A DNA stretch of 64,000 nt from Candidatus Dojkabacteria bacterium UBA4813. GTDB lineage: Bacteria > Patescibacteriota > Dojkabacteria > SC72. A model generated the notes under the pieces. That model worked only from the letters and a program-made list of their open reading frames with translations, ran no database searches and had not been told where the DNA came from. The position numbers and the translations under genes were made by a program. Below, in pieces: positions 58,681 to 64,000 of the stretch. The DNA is taken from positions 3,358 through 67,357 of the forward strand of contig DHFX01000001.1 in NCBI GenBank assembly GCA_002402455.1, written 5' to 3'. Position 1 is the first letter of the stretch; every line of letters starts with the position of its first letter.

Positions 58681-60475
58681 CTTCTCTGAAGTGAAAGAAA
58701 CAAAGAAGAAAAGAAAGGCGAATGCAGATGGAAAGGTCTCTATGAAAGAGGCTCTTTTGGATATACATGAAGGTAGTGGACAAAAAATTAAAGAGGGGGG
58801 AAAAAAGACAGATATTAGAGATTATTGGTGGAATTATCCGAAATTTCTTTGGAAAACTTTTAAAAATAGTATCCCTTTTAGTTATATTCTCCTTTTTCTT
58901 GTCGTAGGTTTTTTACTAGCAAGTTTCTTGCAATCGGATGTGGTGGCAAGGATTATGGATGATTCTAGGGTTGATGACACTTTTATAGAGGGTTCGGTTG
59001 GTGCTATTTCTACATTTAATCCGTTATTTGTATCAGCAAATTATGTAGACAAAACAGTTCAAGAGCTTGTCTTTGAGAAGTTGGTTTATATAGATAAAAA
59101 TGGTCAACCTCTTCCCGGTATTGCTAGTGAGTGGAGATTTGTAGAAGAGGATATGGCTTACGAGTTTACCATAAAAGATAACTTGTATTGGCAGGATGGG
59201 GAGAAAGTTACTGTAGGTGATGTTGTTTTTACTTTCCAAACTGCAAAAGCATTAGCTGAGGATTATGGCTTGGATTCAGTCGGGATTTCTTTAATTGGAG
59301 TTGAGGTTGAAGAAATTAATGATAAAACAGTTCGTTTTGTATTATCCGAACCGAATCCTACATTTTTTGAAGCTATCTCTCAGTTTATTGTTCCAAAACA
59401 CAGGTTGGAGGGCGAAAGGCTTGAAGAGTTACCTTTCAATATGTTTGCGAGATATCCGATAGGCAGTGGTAGATATAAGGTTATTAGGACAGAACAGAAT
59501 TCTGTCTATCTGCAGGATAATCAGTATGATGCTGTAGAACCAGCGATTAATAAAATTATCCTTAAAGTTTTTCCAGATCAGGAGACTCTTGAAATGTCTT
59601 TTAGAATCGGGGCATTAGATGCCATTGGAGCTTGGGACAACGATTTACTCTCTTTTACAGAAGAATATTCTAATTTGCAAGAATTTAAACAAGTTGAGGA
59701 GTATCGTACTAAGTTAATCTTTTTTAATACCAGGAAGGAAACTCTTAAAGAAAGGGATGTTAGAATAGGGTTAAGTTATGTTATAGACAGAGAGAGATTA
59801 ATAAGGGATTCTAATATAGGTGGAGTTGTAAGAAAGGGTCCTTTTCCTGAGAGTTCTTGGGCTTTTAATGGGGATATCGAATATTACAATTACAATCCCC
59901 AATTAGCTGCGGAGTACTTTAAGAATTTGGGTTATACAAAGAATGAAGAAGGAGGATTTTTTGAAGCGAAGAATGGAGAGATCCTCTCTTTCACTTTAAG
60001 CTATTTTGATAGTGTAACAAATGAAAGATTGGTCTCTACTCTTAAAAAATTATTGCAGGAGGAAGGTATTATTCTAAAGAGTGAGAAACTTGCGTACAAA
60101 CAGATTACACAGGAAATTATTGCCACTCGTGATTTTGACCTTCTTCTTTATGAAGTTGAAACAACTATAGATCCGGATCAGTATAATTTATGGCACTCAT
60201 TAAAATCTAGTTATCCAGATTTAAATATCTCGGGATATAGCTATGAGAGAGTAGATATTCTTTTGGAGGATGCTAGGAAAACTTTAGACAAAAAGGCCAG
60301 AAAGGAAAAGTATGATCTGTTTCAGAAATATTTAATGGCAGATGCCCCTGTTGTCTTTCTATATAATCCTCAATTTTCTTATTATGTAAAGGAGAAAGTT
60401 AAAGGTATAGATTTCTCGGATGTAAATTATTCCTACCAGAGGTTTAATAATGTCCAAGATTGGGTCTTAGAATAG
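58670..60475 (+). CDS. Family 5 (peptide/nickel) ABC substrate-binding protein, TM-anchored, no permease nearby
   Basis: FNPL, WQDGEKVTVGDVVFT, PIGSGRYK, FFN, DPDQYNLWHS, DAPVVFLY. Confidence 0.88.
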   Translation: MPNNFSEVKETKKKRKANADGKVSMKEALLDIHEGSGQKIKEGGKKTDIRDYWWNYPKFLWKTFKNSIPFSYILLFLVVGFLLASFLQSDVVARIMDDSRVDDTFIEGSVGAISTFNPLFVSANYVDKTVQELVFEKLVYIDKNGQPLPGIASEWRFVEEDMAYEFTIKDNLYWQDGEKVTVGDVVFTFQTAKALAEDYGLDSVGISLIGVEVEEINDKTVRFVLSEPNPTFFEAISQFIVPKHRLEGERLEELPFNMFARYPIGSGRYKVIRTEQNSVYLQDNQYDAVEPAINKIILKVFPDQETLEMSFRIGALDAIGAWDNDLLSFTEEYSNLQEFKQVEEYRTKLIFFNTRKETLKERDVRIGLSYVIDRERLIRDSNIGGVVRKGPFPESSWAFNGDIEYYNYNPQLAAEYFKNLGYTKNEEGGFFEAKNGEILSFTLSYFDSVTNERLVSTLKKLLQEEGIILKSEKLAYKQITQEIIATRDFDLLLYEVETTIDPDQYNLWHSLKSSYPDLNISGYSYERVDILLEDARKTLDKKARKEKYDLFQKYLMADAPVVFLYNPQFSYYVKEKVKGIDFSDVNYSYQRFNNVQDWVLE

Positions 60476-60477
60476 TA

Positions 60478-60563
60478 TGGTGCCAAGAGGGGGACTTGAA
60501 CCCCCACCCTATTGTTAGGACTACGTTCTGAACGTAGCGTGTCTGCCATTCCACCATCTTGGC
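60478..60563 (-). tRNA. tRNA-Leu(CAG), CCA encoded
   Basis: GCCAAGATGGTGGAATGGCAGACACG-CTACG-TT-CAG-AA-CGTAG, long variable arm, GGTTCAAGTCCC...GGCACCA. Confidence 0.97.
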
Positions 60564-60598
60564 TTGGTTTTACAGGCAACGATATTTTACCACGAAAA

Positions 60599-61711
60599 CT
60601 ATGACTTTGAGGTAACTTTGACTTGTATATTATCTTTCTCTTCTCCTTCCTTATCGTCAGGATCAAACTTTTTATAATCTTTTAGAAAGTCCATTTTAGT
60701 TAAAATCTTATCCGTTTTACTTTTCTTTTTACCCTTATTGTCTACCTTTTTCTCCTCTTTATTTTCCACTCCCTGGGAGAGTTTTTCCTTTAAAGTGAGT
60801 TCTTTGTTATCCTTTTTGGTTTGTTGCATCTTCTTTTCAAAATTCTTAATAGTTTTGTTATCTATGCTTCCTTTGATTAGCGATGTTATTAGTAGGCATA
60901 TTATAAAGCCTAGGATAAAAGCACCTCCCACAAGAAGTCCAAGGTCTGTATTTTTCGTTATTATACTTCCAATGTCTTCCCAAGAGAGATCTTTAAAACT
61001 AAAGTAGATTTCTTTTTCATTATTGATACTTGTGTTATTGACAGATTCTCCTACTTCAAAAGTTAGGGATTCTGACAAGTTACTTGCATACCCATTCCTT
61101 CTTGTAAACGCTGAGAATGTGTACACCCCCTCGTTTAGTTCATCTCGGTTGATGGCAATTTCCCAATTTCCTTCTGTGTCTATTATTGTTTCTTCCACGG
61201 AGATATTTTTCCCCGAAGAAAGGATTAACACCAAGTCCGAGTTGGATAAACCAGTTCCGGATAATTTAAGAATACCCTCTTCAAATAGAGGAGAATTCAT
61301 AATCGGAGGACGCGGGATTACAATTAGCTCTTTTTTAAGTATTTGTGGAGAGCCGTATTTATCAACAAATTTAAATGTTAATTCGTGCTGTCCTATGCTT
61401 AGTGCAGGTAAGGTATAAGGACTTGAAATTTGTTCAAAATCTCCTTCATCTATGCCTAATTCTATGCCACTATTGTCATCCGAAGGGTCTACAAATGTTA
61501 TTATATGGCTAGGATTATCTGTTGTCTCCGGAATATCTAGTAGAAGTTGCTGTAGAAAATCTTCTTCTCTTTCTACCTCTTTTTCTTCGAGTTCTGCTAT
61601 ATCCTGTGCTATGGTTGGTGTTGGCATTAAGGTTATTGTAAAAAGGAAAAAGACAGATAGGAGTGCTAACAATTGTAATAAAAGATCTCTGTTAAATTTG
61701 CGAATTTTCAT
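60599..61711 (-). CDS. Signal-peptide protein with Ig-like domains, C-terminal TM and Lys-rich tail
   Basis: Signal-like N-terminus; LSGTGLSNS...DTEGNWE Ig pattern; TM LGLLVGGAFILGFIICLLI. Confidence 0.7.
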   Translation of the reverse strand: MKIRKFNRDLLLQLLALLSVFFLFTITLMPTPTIAQDIAELEEKEVEREEDFLQQLLLDIPETTDNPSHIITFVDPSDDNSGIELGIDEGDFEQISSPYTLPALSIGQHELTFKFVDKYGSPQILKKELIVIPRPPIMNSPLFEEGILKLSGTGLSNSDLVLILSSGKNISVEETIIDTEGNWEIAINRDELNEGVYTFSAFTRRNGYASNLSESLTFEVGESVNNTSINNEKEIYFSFKDLSWEDIGSIITKNTDLGLLVGGAFILGFIICLLITSLIKGSIDNKTIKNFEKKMQQTKKDNKELTLKEKLSQGVENKEEKKVDNKGKKKSKTDKILTKMDFLKDYKKFDPDDKEGEEKDNIQVKVTSKS

Positions 61712-61739
61712 TCTAGGACAGTTAAATTTATGTTGTTTT

Positions 61740-62231
61740 TTATTCTATCATTTTATCAATGAAAAGGACTCCTTCCAAGTGATCCAGTTCATGTTGTACT
61801 GCTATTGCATTTATGTCTTCTAATTTTGTTGTCTTCCATTCGCCATTTCTATCTTGGTATTTAATTTTTACTTTTCTGTATCTTAAAACCTCCCCCTCGA
61901 TATTAGGAACGCTGAGACATCCCTCGATGATAGATGCTTTACTAAATCCTATGGGGGTTACCTTTGGGTTTATAAACAGTTGCCACTTATCTGTATCGTA
62001 ATTTAGTGTGTAGAAAACCCTTATATTTTCTCCAACCTGTGGCGCTGCTATTCCTCCGGCAGGGACATCCACTTGATCTTCACTATGCAGGGCTGTATAG
62101 AGGAGATCATCTAAAAAGATCCCAAATTTAGGATCTTTAAACTGCTTCTCCTTTACAGGAGAGCTTCTCTTTCTAAGAATCTCTTCTTCTTCCTTATTTT
62201 TAATTGTATATATCTTTAATTGCTTTGGCAT
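61740..62231 (-). CDS. def: Peptide deformylase
   Basis: GIAAPQVG, EGCLSVP, QHELDHLEG. Confidence 0.96.
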   Translation of the reverse strand: MPKQLKIYTIKNKEEEEILRKRSSPVKEKQFKDPKFGIFLDDLLYTALHSEDQVDVPAGGIAAPQVGENIRVFYTLNYDTDKWQLFINPKVTPIGFSKASIIEGCLSVPNIEGEVLRYRKVKIKYQDRNGEWKTTKLEDINAIAVQHELDHLEGVLFIDKMIE

Positions 62232-62250
62232 AGTAGGAAGTATAGCACAA

Positions 62251-62379
62251 TTACTCTTCCCCTTCTTCTTGTTCTTCTTTCATGTCCTCGGAGTTTTCTC
62301 CACTTGGTAATATGATGCCTATAAGAAACAGGACAACTATGAGGGCTATAAGTGTTCCTAGAACTACAAGTATTCCCAT
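62251..62379 (-). CDS. 42-aa TM small protein with acidic tail, absent from ORF track
   Basis: MGILVVLGTLIALIVVLFLIGIILPSGENSEDMKEEQEEGEE*; in frame with the upstream S8 gene. Confidence 0.65.
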   Translation of the reverse strand: MGILVVLGTLIALIVVLFLIGIILPSGENSEDMKEEQEEGEE

Positions 62380-62385
62380 ACCAAC

Positions 62386-64000
62386 TTACCACCAAAAATT
62401 AAATACGTTCTTGAAAGGAATAAATGAGGAGATTCCTAAGACCCCTCTTCCTCTCTCTAAAATACTATTGTTTTCATTTTGTCTTATCAATTTTACTCTA
62501 TCTATAATAAGGTCATCATGGACTTGAGGTTGTGTGCAATTGGTAAAATGTGAGGTAACTCTCACGAATTGTTGTACACCAACAAAGTCATCATATTCTA
62601 AGGTGTAAGTACCCTCTACTTCTGTGGTTGTGTATACAGGTTTGTTATTGACATATACTACGGTTTTTTCATATTCGGGATTCTCGATTACCGGTTCTAG
62701 CCTAAATTCTATTTCTATGTCTTCAGCTTCTGTCATTGTGAATCTGTTGCTTTTATCTTCATCTTTTTGGGGTTTCGTTATTACGGGTCTCTGATTTATT
62801 ATTTGTGGTTCTTTTCTTTCGATATCTCCTTTTTCTCCTATAGGAAGCGTTTCTTCCTCTGGGGCTTCTTCTTCAGTCGTTTCTTCTGAATCATTTGGAA
62901 GTTGTTCTTCTACAGGGATGTTAAGATACTGCTCTGCGGCAGCCCTAAGGTCAACAAGACCATAACCAAAGATGATATCTGTGCCCTCTGCTCCGAGATC
63001 TATAGCAGTATCTCTTAAGGTCGATACAAGTTCGGACGAAGTACAATCTGTACAAATGCCTCTAAGAATGGCTAAGCTACCGGCAACATGTGGGGCAGCC
63101 ATGCTTGTCCCGCTTAGGTATTTATATGTTCCACCCAAGAATGTGGAATAGTTAGAAACTCCGGGAGCAGCTAACTGCCCACCTATGTTACTAAAACTTG
63201 CTAGCCTGTTTGCACTGTCTGTGGCAACAACACACACAACATTACTGTAAGCTGCTGGATATTGACATGGGGCGCCATAGTTATTACCAGCAGCAGCAAC
63301 CATAGGTACTCCCTTGCTAGCAGCATAGTTTACTGCTGTCCTTAAAACATCCGTATCTTCAGGAGTTCCCAAACTTAGATTTATTACTTGAGCACCATTA
63401 TCCACCGCCCAATAGATACCTTTTGCGACGTCTGAAACATATCCGGATCCAATAGAGTTTAATACTTTAATAGGCATAACCGTGGTTCCATGACTTACTC
63501 CTACAGTTCCTAGGTCGTTTCGTGCGGCTGTTACAATTCCAGCCACATGAGTTCCGTGTCCATTATCATCCTCTGGACTCTCTTTATCATTGACAAAGTC
63601 ATAACCCTTAGTAACTTTTCCTAGTAAGTCAGGGTGAGTCATTTCTATCCCTGTATCTATTACTGCTACAGTTACCCCTACTCCAGTGGTTGTATCCCAT
63701 ATTTTATCAGCACCTATCCTTGAGATTCCCCAATCGATAACATCGGCAGCCATTTTTACGGGAATATCTGTTTCTACACTCTGGACTGCAGTATCTTCTT
63801 CTAACTGAGTTATTTTACTCTCTTGGGTAGTTATGACTGTATAAACTCCATTAACGCTACTTTCGTCGGTGAACTCTACTAAATATTCTTCTTCAATTCT
63901 ACTTTTATCTTCTTCTGATAAATCATCGTTAAAACTTATAACTTTCCTGCTGTCATCTTGTTTGATTTCTCCTTGTTTTACAGGATTTATTTCCGGGCTA
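62386..64000 (-). CDS. Subtilisin-family (S8) serine protease, 5' end beyond the window
   Basis: VIDTG (Asp), HGTHVAG (His), AAGN, SGTSMAAPHV (Ser). The frame stays open from 63753 to the window end, consistent with a propeptide. Confidence 0.95.
   Translation of the reverse strand, partial: SPEINPVKQGEIKQDDSRKVISFNDDLSEEDKSRIEEEYLVEFTDESSVNGVYTVITTQESKITQLEEDTAVQSVETDIPVKMAADVIDWGISRIGADKIWDTTTGVGVTVAVIDTGIEMTHPDLLGKVTKGYDFVNDKESPEDDNGHGTHVAGIVTAARNDLGTVGVSHGTTVMPIKVLNSIGSGYVSDVAKGIYWAVDNGAQVINLSLGTPEDTDVLRTAVNYAASKGVPMVAAAGNNYGAPCQYPAAYSNVVCVVATDSANRLASFSNIGGQLAAPGVSNYSTFLGGTYKYLSGTSMAAPHVAGSLAILRGICTDCTSSELVSTLRDTAIDLGAEGTDIIFGYGLVDLRAAAEQYLNIPVEEQLPNDSEETTEEEAPEEETLPIGEKGDIERKEPQIINQRPVITKPQKDEDKSNRFTMTEAEDIEIEFRLEPVIENPEYEKTVVYVNNKPVYTTTEVEGTYTLEYDDFVGVQQFVRVTSHFTNCTQPQVHDDLIIDRVKLIRQNENNSILERGRGVLGISSFIPFKNVFNFWW

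Noticed and set aside
60433-60666. 77-aa minus-strand ORF
   Set aside because: It runs through tRNA-Leu(CAG) and overlaps both neighbouring genes
62282-62527. 81-aa plus-strand ORF
   Set aside because: Antisense to the S8 protease C-terminus and the 42-aa TM ORF, which explain the region better
1-64000. Alternative genetic code (TGA read as Gly, code 25) as in some CPR lineages
   Set aside because: Conserved genes are full length under code 11, and TGA serves as a normal stop (pilM, truB, recG, murG)
1-64000. CRISPR array, rRNA, transposase or integrase
   Set aside because: No regularly spaced repeats, no long non-coding stretch and no recombinase motifs were seen by eye

Overview
AT-rich, very compact bacterial chromosome segment read with genetic code 11. 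The gene content suggests a Patescibacteria/CPR genome, possibly Dojkabacteria; this is inference from the pilMNO genes, khpA-rpsP-rnc-nusB-rpmF, FKBP-less trigger factor, secG next to an orphan solute-binding protein, and the scarcity of metabolic genes. The window is mostly housekeeping: translation genes, aminoacyl-tRNA synthetases, mutS/recG/rarA, a rearranged dcw cluster and four tRNAs (Val-GAC, Leu-TAA, Cys-GCA, Leu-CAG). No CRISPR array, rRNA, transposase or prophage is visible. The most notable observations are: (1) a membrane-anchored two-ring Clp/Hsp100 ATPase with remodelled pore loops and no ClpP-docking motif, paired with a small membrane protein; (2) a full-length PEP-synthase-like protein whose phospho-carrier His is Asp; (3) a Doc toxin with an unannotated 37-aa minimal antitoxin candidate; (4) a sortase divergent from a likely substrate with a non-canonical IPVAAG signal; (5) MraY, Cmk and Rel homologues with substituted catalytic residues; (6) widespread promoter geometry that predicts leaderless mRNAs; (7) a surface protein with two fibronectin-I/VWC-like Cys modules; (8) several small ORFs missed by the ORF track.
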